Shown: positions 36,346 to 49,441 of the stretch, piece after piece
Layout of the letters: each line of letters begins with the position of its first letter
Position numbering within the stretch: the first letter of the stretch is position 1
Source of the DNA: Octopus sinensis
Lineage: Eukaryota
Reading direction: 5' to 3'
Length of the DNA stretch: 64,000 bases
Assembly (NCBI RefSeq): GCF_006345805.1
Contig: NC_043002.1
Location: 23,560,001 to 23,624,000 of the forward strand
Translations under genes and position numbers: made by a program
The notes under the pieces: model-generated
The model's input: only the letters and a program-made list of their open reading frames with translations
Told to the model about the DNA's origin: nothing
Database searches by the model: none

Positions 36346-37221
36346 TTAACGTCTATATCCGCCCATACTACTACCACCACCACCACCACCTCTACCGTAA
36401 CCCCTACCGTAAGGTCCACTAGTATTACGATGTGAGAAATTACCTTGTCTTTGGGCCCCACCGAAAGATCCGCTGCCGTAATTGGATCCGAAATTACTAC
36501 CATAGCCATTATTGTAACCATGGGCTCCGTAGCGCCCGTCACTGCCTTCGTAATAACCGCCGCCGTTGTTGTAGTTACCCTGGTTCGATCCCCAGTTTCC
36601 ACCGTAGCCGCCTCCACCACCGCCGCGGCCGCCTGAACGACCTCCGGCTCCTCCACGACCGCCCATTTCAGTCTTCGATACAGCTTTCTTAACTTCGATG
36701 CTTTTGTCCCCTAAAGGAAATCTTTTTCTAATTACACACTTGTCTACAGAGTCGAAATCATCAAAGGTGACAAAGCAGAAACGCTTCTGCTTACCAGTTG
36801 CCTTGTCTTTAATCATTTCCACTTTTTCAATCCTGCCGTACGGGCAGAATAGTTCACGGATTTCTTCTTCGCTTGTGGTCTCTTCCAGGCCGCCGACGAA
36901 CATTTTCTTTACCGACGCCTGAGTCTCCTCAGATCCATCGCGAGGCATGGCGCGCTTCGTGTCCAGAGTCTTCTTATCGAGCGTGTGCGGTCGCTGTGCC
37001 TGTGCCTTGTCTAGTTGTGCAGCCGACTGATAAGTGACAAAGCCGAAGCCACGAGAACGATTGTTGGTCGGATTTTTCATCACCACGCAATCTACAACTT
37101 CACCCCAAGTTTCAAAGTACTGGCGAAGAGTATCTTCTGTAGTCTCATTATTGAGACCTCCAATGAACAGCTTGCGGAATTTTTCTGCGTTGGGGTCATC
37201 GTCGCAATAATTCCCCGTCAT
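36346..37221 (-). CDS. hnRNP A1/A2/B1-family RNA-binding protein, 291 aa, single coding exon
   Basis: RRM1 has LFIGGL and RGFGFVTY; linker KRAMPR; RRM2 has MFVGGL and KRFCFVTF, FDDFDSVDK, EVKKAVSK. Gly/Tyr/Asn-rich tail with R-x4-PY (HRNTSGPY, PY-NLS-like). aaaaATG context, intact stop, GC-richer than flanks. No paralog-specific symbol can be assigned. Confidence 0.95.
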   Translation of the reverse strand: MTGNYCDDDPNAEKFRKLFIGGLNNETTEDTLRQYFETWGEVVDCVVMKNPTNNRSRGFGFVTYQSAAQLDKAQAQRPHTLDKKTLDTKRAMPRDGSEETQASVKKMFVGGLEETTSEEEIRELFCPYGRIEKVEMIKDKATGKQKRFCFVTFDDFDSVDKCVIRKRFPLGDKSIEVKKAVSKTEMGGRGGAGGRSGGRGGGGGGYGGNWGSNQGNYNNGGGYYEGSDGRYGAHGYNNGYGSNFGSNYGSGSFGGAQRQGNFSHRNTSGPYGRGYGRGGGGGGSSMGGYRR

Positions 37222-37710
37222 TTTTAATTTGTAGTGTTGTAGTAGCTTTTTTCCTCAACAATGGAATCCGACTGAAATTCAAGTTTGATGACGGAGTTTA
37301 CACAAATATAGTTTTCCTTTCTTCTTAAGCAGTATTATATTCGCTGATAGCAGAAGAAATAAGAGAAGATAAAATTCCAAGGCGACTTTTTATAATCAAA
37401 CTGTGGTATTCTTTCTTCCTGACTTGCTTGCTTCCGCAGCAGATGAAGAAGAAAAGCTAGCCGTGCGAAAGATACGATTTTTACTATAGATTCTGTTTGC
37501 GATTTTTTTTCTTTGTTTTATTGGAAATTTTACTAAATTTCCGACAAATATAAAAAACACATTGTTGATATGTTTTTCTCGTTTGCCATTCACCTCTAAT
37601 TAATTTTTTAATTACCTTTGACCTCAATCGACTACGAAAATAAAATTCTTGAATAAAATTTTATACGACAATTTAAATAACCGCTGAACCACATGGTATG
37701 CGATAGAGCC

Positions 37711-37724
37711 ATCCGATTGGTTGG
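37711..37724 (-). promoter_or_regulatory. CCAAT box upstream of the hnRNP gene
   Basis: Minus strand aaCCAATcgg, fitting the NF-Y consensus, about 500 bp upstream of the ATG. Confidence 0.45.
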
Positions 37725-38466
37725 TAAACAGCTAATCACAGATCACATAACTGACCTACTTTTCTTCTCTCTTCCAAAAACTTAGAATTTGTCTCAAGAT
37801 GAAGGGTCTCCTTATAAATTACACTATATATATTCATACATACATACGCACACACACACACAATAAATCTTTGAAAAATATGATCTCTTTCTATTTGCCC
37901 ATAGTTAACTAGCTAGAAAAGTGTTTCGTAATTTTTCTAAAATTCTTTTGTAAACGCGAAATATTCACGTAGAATTGTATTTCTAAATTTTGTTCTTTCT
38001 CTAATCAAATGATGAAGGAAAATAAAGACAAAGAAATAATTACATTTATCACTAGAGGTGGTGCTTAAGTGTAGTGTTATGTTTGTCTGAACGTTATATA
38101 TTTTTCAAGGCCATATCTAGCCCGGATTAAGTTTCTTTTTATTACCTTGTGGTCATAAGAAAAAAATACTATTACTATTGAGTCGATCGATATTGTAAGG
38201 TGCTCCAGCAGTGATCAATTTCGTAATTAAAAAATTGTGCTTGCTTTTATTACAGTGTGTGATTAGAGAGAGACAAGCTACATTTTTTTTTCGGACACCG
38301 TATCGTGAATAATGTACTAAATTTAAATAAAAGCTGTTACTGATCTATATAATAACAATCGTGCAACGTGAATATTGTGCGAAAAATACATATTACTAAT
38401 CGGTTATTTTCCCCAATATCTAATGCATTGATTTTTCTTTATTGAATGTGTGTGTGTATGCTGACT

Positions 38467-38690
38467 AAGGCGGTGAGCTGGCAGAATCGTTAGCGCGTCA
38501 GACAGAATGTTTAGCAGCTCTTCTTCCGGCTCTTTACGATCTGTGTTCAATTATCGGCGAAGTCAGCTTTGCTTTTAATCCTTTCCGAATAGATAAAAAT
38601 CAAGTGCTGGGGTTGATATAATTGACTAACCTCCTCCCGCTAAAAATTGCTAGCTTTGTGCCACAATTTAAAGCGATTATTAGATGATTC
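38467..38690 (+). mobile_element. SINE family B monomer, diverged
   Basis: taaggcggtgagctggcagaatcgttagc...tgttcaa...ctttgcttttaatcctttc. Confidence 0.7.
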
Positions 38691-39843
38691 TCGGCACCAA
38701 GTACAAATCCTCCCGAGGTCAAAGTTGCCTTTCAGCTTTCCAAGATTTCTTTAAAAAACACTCCAATCCAGAACAGTGGATTCGCAGAACTGTAAAAATG
38801 TCAGATTGATGCGTTGTTATACTTGTTTTAGCTCTTTGTGTTCTGAATCCCATATTGGTCTACTTGGATCACCTTATCACCTTGAGTGCCTATAGCTGAA
38901 TCCACTCTTTCACCCCAGATCCCTAGTTTGAAGATAGCTTCCTGTAAAGAGTCCTCAGCACTACCTTCACTTCTGACCCATTGTTTTCCTCTCCTTGTGA
39001 CTATTACTTAGTCTTACCTTCTAGAATCCTCTCAAAATATTTCACCTAATAATTCATCTTCACTGCAATGGCCCTCCTTAGAGAATAACCTCCTCAATTT
39101 TTAATATTTATTACAAATATTCAAGATGAACACCAACATTTTTTAAATATCTAGTCAAAGAGAGAAGGGCAACAGCAATGACCCTTTCTTTTTCAGAGCC
39201 TCCAAGAGTTATAAAAAGAAGTGAGGAGATTATCCTCAAACTAGAGACCTGACCTGAATGCTTGCAACTGAGTGAACTCTGCTGAAGGTAACTAAGGCAT
39301 TAAAGAGAATGATAGATTGAGTTTACCTCCCAAAATCTCAAAACACAAAAATCAGAACAAATACCATAAGACACTAGTTCTACAAATTCCCACCTTGGGC
39401 AAGTATATCAGCCTCAAAAGGATGGAAAGCAAAGCTTTCCTTGATGAGTTTTGATTATGCAAAGATCTTACATCCAAGCCTTTCTCTTATCTTATAAATG
39501 ATGTATATTTTCTTTATATTTGAGAAGAAATTTTCCTAAGTGGCCTACCATACAAACAAGTAGGACTGTGTGGTTTCAGGTTCAAGCCCACTGGGGCAAC
39601 TTGGGCATCCAGTAACAGGACCTCCGTAATGCTATGATGGACCGTGAAGTCTGGCATAACATAGTAAATTCCATTGTCTCGACCACAGTTGAACAATGAT
39701 GATGATGATGGGCATGTGTTTTCTACCATAGTTTTAGCTCAACTGAAGCTTTATGTGTGGGATTTGGGTTGAACTAGAAGCTCATTGGAGGAACTGTTCG
39801 TGTTCTTGGTTAGCAGATAATCCATCAGCTAGTTTAACATTAC

Positions 39844-39925
39844 CCACTTGGGTTTTGGATATCCTTAATGGAGAGCATTTTGCTGACATCTGAGGATAAT
39901 TTCCTCTAACCAGTGAAAATAGGTC
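39844..39925 (-). other. Candidate 82-nt exon
   Basis: Acceptor tgattctttacag, donor tgg/gtaatg; one frame reads TYFHWLEEIILRCQQNALH* (stop 39865-39867). Confidence 0.35.
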
Positions 39926-40449
39926 CTGTAAAGAATCATGGACATTACCCTTCCTCTTCTGACCAAGCCATTAAAAACATAAAAAAAAAAAATTTATCAA
40001 GCCAAAAAATTGTCATTTGTCTGATGGATCAAGGCTAAACTGAAACAATATAAGAACAACAACCACTTTTCCACATCTTTTGTTTGGAACATTCTATTTG
40101 AAATGCTCTGTCTCATCATTTTGTCCTATTGCTGGCTGTTTACCACATGTGAAGTTTACTAACAAATTACAACCTCTACCCCTGCAAGTCTCTATAGTGT
40201 ATAATATTTAAATGTACTGAGAAAGTTGTATTCAACTAGTCAGTAAGTCATCCATCACTCTGATAAACAGCATGCCACATTTCTTCATTCATCCCTCTGT
40301 AACTCACCCTGCATCAACCAACCAACTACATCTTTTTTCAGTGTAAATTAGCACATGAATTGTTAAAAGTAGTAGCCAAATTCTTCTCCAACCAGACATC
40401 ATCTTAAAAAAAAAGAGGAAGGACATATTGGATAATGTAGTCCTGAATA

Positions 40450-41055
40450 CATCATCATCATCGTTTAATGTCCATTTTCCATGCTAGCATGGGTTGGACA
40501 GTTCAACTGGGGTCTGGGAAGCCAGAAGCTGTGCCAGGCCCAGTCTGATCTGGCAGTGTTTCTACAGCTGGATGCCCTTCCTAACGCCAACCACTCCGTG
40601 AGTGTAGTGGGTGCTTTTTACATGCCAGATGAGGCTGGCAAATGGCCACGATCAGATGGTGCTTTTTATGTGCCACCGGCACGGAGGCCGGTCGGGGCGG
40701 CACTGGCAACAGCCACGTTCCGATGGTTCTCTTACGTGCCACCGACACTGGTATCACTGCTACAATTTCCATTAATATTGATCGATTTTGATTTTGATTT
40801 TCACTTGCCTCAACAGGTCTTCACAAGTAGGGTTTGTGTCACAAGAAGGAAAGGTATGCATAAGTGGGCTGGCCACGTCCCAGGTAGAGGCCACAGGTTA
40901 TGGTCTCACTTGTCCTGCCAGGTCTTCCCACACACAGCATACTTCCAAAGGTCTCGGTCTCTGGTCATTCCCTCGGTGAGACCTAAAGTTCGAAGGTCGT
41001 GCTTCACCACCTCGTCCCAGGTTTTCCTGGGTCTACCTCTTCCACAGGTTCCCTC
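40450..41055 (-). mobile_element. RTE LINE 3' fragment
   Basis: EGTCGRGRPRKTWDEVVKHDLRTLGL plus 3' UTR and (GAT)n tail. Confidence 0.85.
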
Positions 41056-41285
41056 TGAAAATATGATAGAATGGGCATAGTTCGAATGCTTGGTCAAAGT
41101 CACATGGAACTAAACATTATCTTGTAATGAACTGTGCTGAGGCAGGTTTTAGTTGATAGTATTGCAGTCAGCCAATATTCATTCCTCTTGAAGTTCATAT
41201 GAATGATCTGCTACTTGGTTAGCTTGAGAGCACTGTGATGACAGCTAGAGACACGATTGCTTGGTACCGAGATATTCATTTTACC

Positions 41286-42103
41286 TTGACCCATTACTAT
41301 TTAAAAAGGTAGCATATGGCCCAAATATTCCACCTGCTTTATGTTCTAACTGGCCAGATCTGGCTACTCATGCCAGCCTTACAATATCATTCTAAAAATT
41401 AACACCTCATCAAAATCTCAAAGCTACAATATTATGCAATATTAATTCAAAACAATGTAAAGAAGTAAGCAGAAACGTTAGCATGCCAGGTGAAATGCTT
41501 AGCGGTATTTCGTCTGCCACTACGTTCTGAGTTGAAATTCCGCCGAGGTCAACTTTGTCTTTCATCCTTTTGGGGTCAATAAATTAAGTACCAGTTCTGC
41601 ACTGGGGTCGATGTAATTGACTTTGCCCTTTGTCTGTCCTTGTTTGTGCCCTCTATGTTTAGCCCCTTGTGGGCAATAAAGAAATAAGAAACGTTAGCAT
41701 GGCAGGCGAAATGCTTAGCGGTATTTCGTCTCCTGAGTTCAAATTCCGCCGAAGTCTTTCATCCTTTCGGGGTTGATTAAATAAGTACCAGTTACGCACT
41801 GGAGTCGATATAATCGACTTAATCCGTTTGTCTGTCCTTGTTTGTCACTTCTGTGTTTAGCCCTTTGTGGGTAGTAAAGAAATAGGTATTTCGTCTGCCA
41901 TTACGTTCTGAGTTCAAATTCTGCCGAGGTCAACTTTGTCTTTCATTCTTTCAGCGTCGATAAATTAAGTACCAGTTACGCACTGGGGTTGATGTAATCG
42001 ACTTAATCCCTTTGTCTGTCCTTGTTTAGCCCCTTGTGGGCAATAAAGAAATAAGAAGTAAGCATTACTTTTGACAGAATAATATAAAATGCTAAAGGGT
42101 TAA
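41286..42103. mobile_element. piggyBac-like MITE interrupted by a SINE array
   Basis: Right end aatgctaaaggg-TTAA; left end decayed (ttgacccattactattt); body is the reverse complement of 21799-22011. Confidence 0.55.
41472..42052 (+). mobile_element. Three-unit tandem SINE family B array with 12-bp TSD
   Basis: Units start at about 41472, 41688 and 41885; aagaagtaagca duplicated at 41460-41471 and 42053-42064. Confidence 0.9.
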
Positions 42104-42188
42104 AGTCTTAACCATCTCAAGTTAATAAGATCTTACCCACTTAAATAAATCAGTTGACCAGGATGCTGAAGAGAACTGACATTGTGGA

Positions 42189-42640
42189 GTCCAGAAGCTG
42201 GCTACCCGCATGGTTCTTGGTCTCAAGAATTTGTCTTATGAAGAAAGGCTGAAGATGCTCGACCTTTATTCTCTAGAAAAACGCCGCCGCCGTGGTGATC
42301 TCATTCTTGCTCACAACATCATAAGTGGAAAGTGTAACCTCTCGAAAGAGCTGTTCTTCACTCCTGCTCCAGAGCATTGGCTGCGGGGTCATTCCGAAAA
42401 GCTCTATCTGCGACGATTTCATCTCAATCGAAGGAGAGGGGCTTTCTCCGTCCGGGTTGCGGATCCGTGGAATAAGCTGCCAGACGAGATGGTGAAGATG
42501 CTGACGACCGCTCGGTTCAAGGTCTCCCTTGACCACAAGTGGCCTGAACTCTTTACATGAACACCACCCTGTACATAACTCCATGTCCCCCTACATGGCC
42601 TTGCTTTTTGCTTTTTGAGCCAAAATTAACTAACTAACTA
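42189..42640 (+). mobile_element. CR1 LINE 3' fragment, same family as 22349-23705
   Basis: LKNLSYEERL..LDLYSLEKRRRRGDLILAHNII...; (TAAC)n tail. Confidence 0.9.
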
Positions 42641-43799
42641 AATAAGGATTTCTTGCAAACACCATTATGATCTTATATTATGTTTTGTTTTCTTTTTTAT
42701 ACTTATTCCTTTTAGCATGAATAGCATCTCGCTGCATAGAAATGTCATGGCAACTCTTTTTCACCAAAGAGAAAGGAAAACAATGAAGTCTTGACTGCAC
42801 TTTTTAGCATTTATCTTGTATCTTGTTCAGAGTTAACAGACACATATTATTTGTGTATGATATGAAGATTTTCTGTATATATTTATAAATACAGAAATTT
42901 TCATATCATACACATTTGCATTAAACATGTCCTTTCTCTTGTACCAAAAAAATAGCAGGGTATTCATTCTTTTCCATATTCTCACAACCACTTATTTTGT
43001 CTAGCCATCACATATATACAGTTTTCTTCATATTCACAAATAATAATAGCGACCAAGCCTATATTTATTCAAACTTTAGTTCGAATAAATTTAGTCTTGG
43101 CCACTACTCTCAACCACTATTACTATTTGTAAAACTGAATTCATAAATTACAGGAAAATTCATTCTTTCATTCTTATTTCTTTAATGTCCACTTTTCCTT
43201 AGTAGCATGGGCCAGATGGAGTTTATCTTCTTACATATATTCTCTGCTTGACTCGAGAAATGGGTTTTATTTATATCCTTCGGTGGTCAGCTGAAATTTT
43301 ATTCCTCATCTCTCTTCAAATGGAGACCTTTAACCTTTGACCCTTTATACTCAATTATCCTAAACATCCTACTACTCTTTCAACCATTCTCTTATATAAC
43401 TAATACAACAGTACTTAATTTCATTCAAAATATTAACCTGGGTACTTGATCTGATACTTATTCCTTCAGAAATCATAGGCTACCAAATGCAAAGATGATG
43501 TTTGTATAAAGGGAGCGAACTCAGACAAACATATACACCACAGACCACTTCGGTTCAAATATATGGGATTTTGTTTACTAAATATCAAGTAGAAGGTATT
43601 GGTCAACTTTAAATCATGGTAGAGGGCTCCTGCCCATTGTGGGATCAAACTGGAAACCATGTGGTTGTGAAACAACCTTCTAAATCACATGCCTCTGTCT
43701 GTGATTTTTGTGACGCAAAATATTCCTTAAACCTTGAGGGACTTTAGAGACCAATCCTTAGCTCAACATTGTTTTCATAGTAATAAGTTCATAGGTTAC

Positions 43800-43851
43800 C
43801 AGCGCATTGCAGGTGACAATTGCCAGGTGATTTGGTACATATTACTGGCAG
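43800..43851 (-). other. Candidate 52-nt exon
   Basis: Strong acceptor tttctgttctgtttttttttttcaatacttag, donor ctg/gtaacc; one open frame reads ASNMYQITWQLSPAMR. Confidence 0.4.
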
Positions 43852-43932
43852 CTAAGTATTGAAAAAAAAAAACAGAACAGAAACAAACAGAGGCTGTATA
43901 AAATAAAGTTGCCTTACCCAACCCACAAAATA

Positions 43933-44325
43933 CAGGCGTGGCTGTGTGGTTAAGAACTTGCTTTGCAACCATATCGTTTCAGGTTCAGTCTCCCAGTGCA
44001 ACATGTTGGGCGTCTTCTACTATAACCCCAGGCCAACCAATACCTTATCAGTAAATTTGGTAGACAGAACTGTGTGGAAGCCCATTGTATGTGTATGTGC
44101 ATGCATGTATGTATGTGTATTTGTGTTTGTCCCCCACCCCCTCTTGACAATTGGTGTTGGTTCGTGTACATCCCTGTAACTTAGCAGTTTGCCAAACGAG
44201 AACAAGGGAATAAACACTAGACTTTAAAAAATAAGTACAAGGGTTGATTTGTTTAGCTAAAACCTTTAAGCTGCTGCTCCAGTATAGCCACACTCCAATG
44301 GCTGAAACAAGAGACAGATAAAAGA
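43933..44325 (+). mobile_element. Near-full-length tRNA-derived SINE family A
   Basis: A-box-like tggctgtgtgg, B-box-like ggttcagtctcc, central (GTAT)n, tail ctgaaacaagag...aaaaga. Confidence 0.85.
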
Positions 44326-44808
44326 TTGTCTGAAGTCACTAGAATAGCTAGGGTGTATGCCACCTGGGGTGGCCCTTTTATTTGCTGCCCCAGATCCCAC
44401 AAAAAACACACGACCTACAGCAGACCCAAAAGTGCCACCCATTTAAAAGTGCTGCCCAGGGTGGACCGCCCCACAACCACCCCACACCAGCTCCACTAGT
44501 GTCTGAAGTACATTTGAATCCTAAGCTAATGAGTAGATAGTTGGATGTCTTATTCACTTGGCCACCTTGTCTCTACATAATTATATTTATTCTTTTGTTT
44601 AAGACTGGTTCAAGAAATAGGCAGCTACCTTATCACTTCATAAATGTACTGGATAGATTTTTTATGTGGCACCAGTACTGGAGAGGATCATCCACATAGA
44701 TATAGCGAGACAAAGGGTGAATTGTGTTAGCAATGGAGGCTATAAGATATATGGACTCCCATTTAAAACATTTCTCTATTACTGAGCTCATATCTTTCTG
44801 GCACTCAC

Positions 44809-44902
44809 CTTCTTTCATATTCACTGCATCGTGTCACCTGTGTAAAAATGGATGGCATTGGATTAAGAATTATGGTAGATATATATGCTTTTGGCTGAGG
44901 AG
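44809..44902 (-). other. Candidate 94-nt exon
   Basis: Branch-like tacttac, acceptor cacttgtag, consensus donor aag/gtgagt; only one open frame, PQPKAYISTIILNPMPSIFTQVTRCSEYER. Confidence 0.4.
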
Positions 44903-45244
44903 CTACAAGTGGATTTTTTTGTAAGTAAAATTACATTTAATTCATTAATAGCGAAACAATTGTCCCAAAATAATCTGTATTTTTGTTATTTTTTATTTGC
45001 CCTGTTCGTGTGAGCTAACAATCGTACTGACTTTCATGGGAAACAAGTATTTTTGTGGTTGAAACCTTTTGGATTAACTAGTGCTAGAGTGAGCCATATA
45101 GTGACCACTCTCTTATATTTATTTTTATATATATATATATATAAGTAAATAGACACCTTTATAATCATTAAGATTTATTTAAACCTGAAATTATACATTC
45201 AAACTATTTATTAATTATTATAATTTATAATGTGAATATCTGAT

Positions 45245-46215
45245 ATTTAGAAGACATGCCCTTTGCATTTTTCAATGCAAGGACCCTATTAAACAAGCTA
45301 CTGATCAGATGGTGAATATTCTCTTGAGGAATTTCTTGCCAAGTTTCATGCAGTAATATCTAAAGATCTGGCTTTGCAGATGCTTTCTTGTTCTTTTTAC
45401 AAAGTGTCCTGTCTATTATGCCCCAGAGATGTTTAATAGGGTTCATGTCTGTTGACTGGCTTGGCCATGGAAGATTTTTAATGCCATTCTTTTCCAACCA
45501 ATTTTTGATCTTTTTAGCTGTGACAAGGAGCCCCATCTTCCATAAATAAAGAGTTTTCTTTAATCATTTCACCACTGGAGAAGATTGGAAGGAGTACTTT
45601 ATGCAATATGTACACATATTTATCTGAGTTTATGTTTCCCTCACACTCCACCAGCCCTGATTAACCATTGCTCCCCAGACCATCACAGATTAGCCATCGT
45701 GTTTCATTGTTGGCTACAATCATTTCATGTCAAATTTTTTATCACAGAATCTCCAGACCCACACTCGACCACCGTCGGAAAAAACAACATATTTGGACTC
45801 ATAAGAAAATATGACAGTGTCCCAAAATGCTGGTGGCCTCTCCACCATCTCACTGGCCCAATCTTTTCTCCACTTGATATTAGCTGGTCAAAGAAGTAGC
45901 TTCCTTCTTGCTGCTCTGCCATTGTAGCCAAGTTTGTGGAGATACTTGATAGCTGTTCTGGGATTGACATCAACTTGTTCTGCTATGTCAGAGACCTTGC
46001 AATGAGGATTATCGTCCACACTTCACTTAACAAAGTGAAGGGTCCTGTCAGAGGACCCTGGTCAACCTAGGTGAGATGATGTGTACTCCTTCCTCTCTCT
46101 GGTGAATTACAAAATCATTCTATTAACTGTAGAATGTAGGATCACAAGGTTTTATGCTGACTAAGTCCACTTTCAGATTGACCTACAAAATGGCCTATTT
46201 GAAATTCAGAGAGTT
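45245..46215 (-). mobile_element. Tc1-family transposase pseudogene
   Basis: ELSEFQIG (N-terminus), WDTVIFSYESK (cf. V.FSDESK), [29 protein letters not shown] (cf. WP.QSPDLNPIE); stops and frameshifts. Confidence 0.8.
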
Positions 46216-46476
46216 CCAAGATAGTGTTTGTATGTGGAAGATGCACAGGAACTGTAAAGATTACAGATACATGGCAAATTGATTTTCTCAACTGCTCCCA
46301 TTATCCCACCTACTGCCTCCACAAGTCACCTCTGTGCCTTCTATCCCTGTGTTGTTCTCTATTCTTAACACCTCCCTTATCTGCTATCATCCTCAATGCC
46401 CCTGCATACCTACTACAAAAACCCGCACCCAAGCCTCTCCTATATTTCACTCCATTATTTGCCTTAGTCATCTACT

Positions 46477-48385
46477 CCTTTACTTGTTTCAGTCATTTGA
46501 CTGTGGCAATGCTGGAGCACAGCCTTTAGTTGAGCAAATCGACCCCAGGACTTATTCTTTTGTAAGCCTAGTACTTATTCTATCGGTCTCTTTTGCCAAA
46601 CAGCTAAGTTACAGGGACGTAAACACACCAGCATCGGTTGTCAAGTGATGTTAGTGGGGATAAACACAGACACAAACACACACACATATATATATACATA
46701 TACATATATATGACGGGCTTCTTTCAGTTTCCGTCTACCAAATCCACTCACAAGGCTTTGATCGACCCGAAGCCAACTTTCTCTATTCTTCCAATTCTGT
46801 CTTGACAATGGTGTTACTCCAGAACAGTGGAAAACTGCCAGTGTCATCCCTCTGTTCAAAAAAGGCGACCGCACATCGCCTGTCAACTATCGCCCCGTCA
46901 GTCTTACCAGCTGCATCGCCAAACTGATGGAATCCTGTATCAGAGAAACCCTCTGGAACTTCTGGAAGTCTCACAGCCTCATCCAGCCGTCACAATTCGG
47001 ATTTATTCCTAACTCCAGCTGCTGTAATCAACTCATCGAGTTTCTTGAGGATGTTACCCAAATCACTGATCGCGGATCCTGGGTGGATGTTGTTTACCTG
47101 GACTTTGCTAAGGCTTTTAACTCTGTGCCACACAAAAGACTTATGGTGAAGCTTTCTGCGTTGGGTGTAAGAGACGAACTCTATAACTGGTTAAAGTCCT
47201 TTATTTTCGGCCGAAAAGAGGTTGTCACAGTTCTAGGACAGCACTCTTCGCCCTATGAGATGACATCTGGTGTGCCGCAGGGATCTGTTCTTGGCCCCCT
47301 TTTATTTGTTGCATATGTTAATGACATAGATGTCAACTTAAAGAATGCCACAGTGCTGAAATATGCAGATGACATCAAGCTGTACCTCGAAATAAAGAGG
47401 TCAAATCCTATACACTATGGATCTCTATTGCAAGCAGACCTGGACACAATGCAGCAGTGGATCATGGACTGGCAACTCAAGCTGGCTGTGGACAAATGTA
47501 CCACCATGCATTTTGGGAGGAGAAACCCAGCGTCCACCTACTCCCTCCACAACACTAGTCTCAAAAAGTCTTCAAGTGAACGTGACCTGGGTGTTATTGT
47601 CGACAGCCATTTGCATTGGACAAAACACATCGCTAAAATTGTCAAGAAGGCTGAGGGTGTCTTGGCATCACTCACCAAATCCTTTGTGAGCCGCTCTCCG
47701 GCTATCTATCTGCGGCTTTATATAGCTATGGTAAGACCTCACCTGGAGTTTGCATCGCCGGTCTGGAGCCCCTATCTTGCCCAGGACATCAATCGTCTGG
47801 AAGCTGTTCAGCGACGTGCAACCAAAAGAATACCCTCCATCAGGCATTTGCCATATCCTGAACGCCTTACCTCCCTGGGCATGGACACATTAAAACTCCG
47901 ACGTCTGGCAGCTGACTTGGCAGACACCCATAAAATTATCAACCATCGCACAAACAATAACTCTGAGCACCTCTTCAAACTCCACCCATCTAACACCCGT
48001 GGACATATTTACAAAGTAAGAAAACAGCACAGCTCCCATGACTTCAGGAAACATTTTTTCACGCTGAGAGTTGCTGAAGCGTGGAACAAACTGCCGACAT
48101 CGGTTGTTAGTTGTCGGAGCACTGCTTCCTTCAAGACTTCCATGCTTCCTGAGATTCGCCAACACTACACTTGATTTTCTCCCCTCCATACACCCAGACA
48201 TTTCTACACTACTGCATGTACTTTATATGCACTTTCTGACAAGTTGTGGTGCACCTGAGCACTGTATACAATAATTTCATTATTATTATTAAGACACTTA
48301 CCCAAGGTGCCATGCAGTGGGACTGAACCCGTAACCATGTGGTTGGTTAGCAAGCTACTTACCACACAACCACTCATGCACCTGT
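46477..48385 (-). mobile_element. SINE family A copy split by a CR1 insertion (46477-46773 and 48291-48385)
   Basis: ...caaggctttgatcgacccgaagc | LINE | aagacacttacccaaggtgcc... rejoins the family A consensus, minus about 8 nt. Confidence 0.85.
46774..48290 (+). mobile_element. 5'-truncated CR1-clade LINE with an open RT ORF and (ATT)n tail
   Basis: WKTASVIPLFKKGD..NYRPVSL upstream of ORF 46927-48174 (QFGF, LDFAKAFNSV, GVPQGSVLGP, YADDIKL, ERDLGV); uninterrupted to the stop at 48174. Confidence 0.92.
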
Positions 48386-48750
48386 ATATATCCTACCCAC
48401 CCACCTTGTCCAAACCTCTCTATCACCCCACCTATTCTCACCACCCCCAATGTTCTTTGGTGGTGGTGGTGGGGAATGTTCTGACACATCTTTTCCACCA
48501 TCTCTCTTACTCTTGTTCCCTTTATTTTACTCTCTAACTCACACTTCTTTCTTTTTCAATTGCAGTATTTATGCATCTACTCTACAGCAAGTCACCTATC
48601 CTTGTCTCTCTATAACTCTAATTTCTCATCAACTGGAACAAAGGCATCCCTACATCCCCTACTACTCCCCACTCCCAACTGAGGGGATTTTTTGTCTTGG
48701 AAGTTACATGGTGACCCTGTTAGTGATACTATCCCATAATAGCACTCATA

Positions 48751-48985
48751 CCTATTTCTTTACTACCCACAAGGGGCTAAACATAGAGGGGACAAACAAG
48801 GACAGACACACAGATTAAGTCGATTATATCGGCCCCAGTGCGTAACTGGTACTTATTTAATCGACCCCGAAAGGATGGAAAGCAAAGTCGACCTCGGCAG
48901 AATTTGAACTCAGAACATAGTGGCAGACGAAATACCGCTAAGCATTTCGCCCAGTGTGCTAACGATTCTGCCAGCTTGCCACCTT
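48751..48985 (-). mobile_element. SINE family B monomer
   Basis: Reverse complement of aggtggcaagctggcagaatcgttagca...ctttccatcctttcggggtcgattaaataagtacc...gtgggtagtaaagaaatagg. Confidence 0.85.
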
Positions 48986-49194
48986 TGCACTCATACCATA
49001 TGAGAAACACTGGCGCTAGTACCCCATTAAAATAGCACCAAGTACACTCTGTCAAGTGGTTGGTGTTAGGAAGGGGATCTAGCCATTTAAACCATGCCAA
49101 AACAGAAAATGGAAAATGGTACAGCTCCTATCAAACCGTCTAACCCACGACAGCATTGAAAACGACCATTAAATGGTAATGATGATAATGATGT

Positions 49195-49243
49195 ATATAT
49201 ACATTTATGTATATATATATATATATATATAATATATATATAT

Positions 49244-49297
<54 letters not shown>

Positions 49298-49348
49298 GTA
49301 TATATATATGTATGTATATATTATATATATTACATATATATATATACG

Positions 49349-49441
<93 letters not shown>

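Noticed and set aside
36309-36692. Overlapping ORFs around the hnRNP 3' end (36309-36656 minus; 36432-36692 and 36445-36636 plus)
   Set aside because: They are shadow frames of the Gly-rich GGN-codon region, with no independent motifs.
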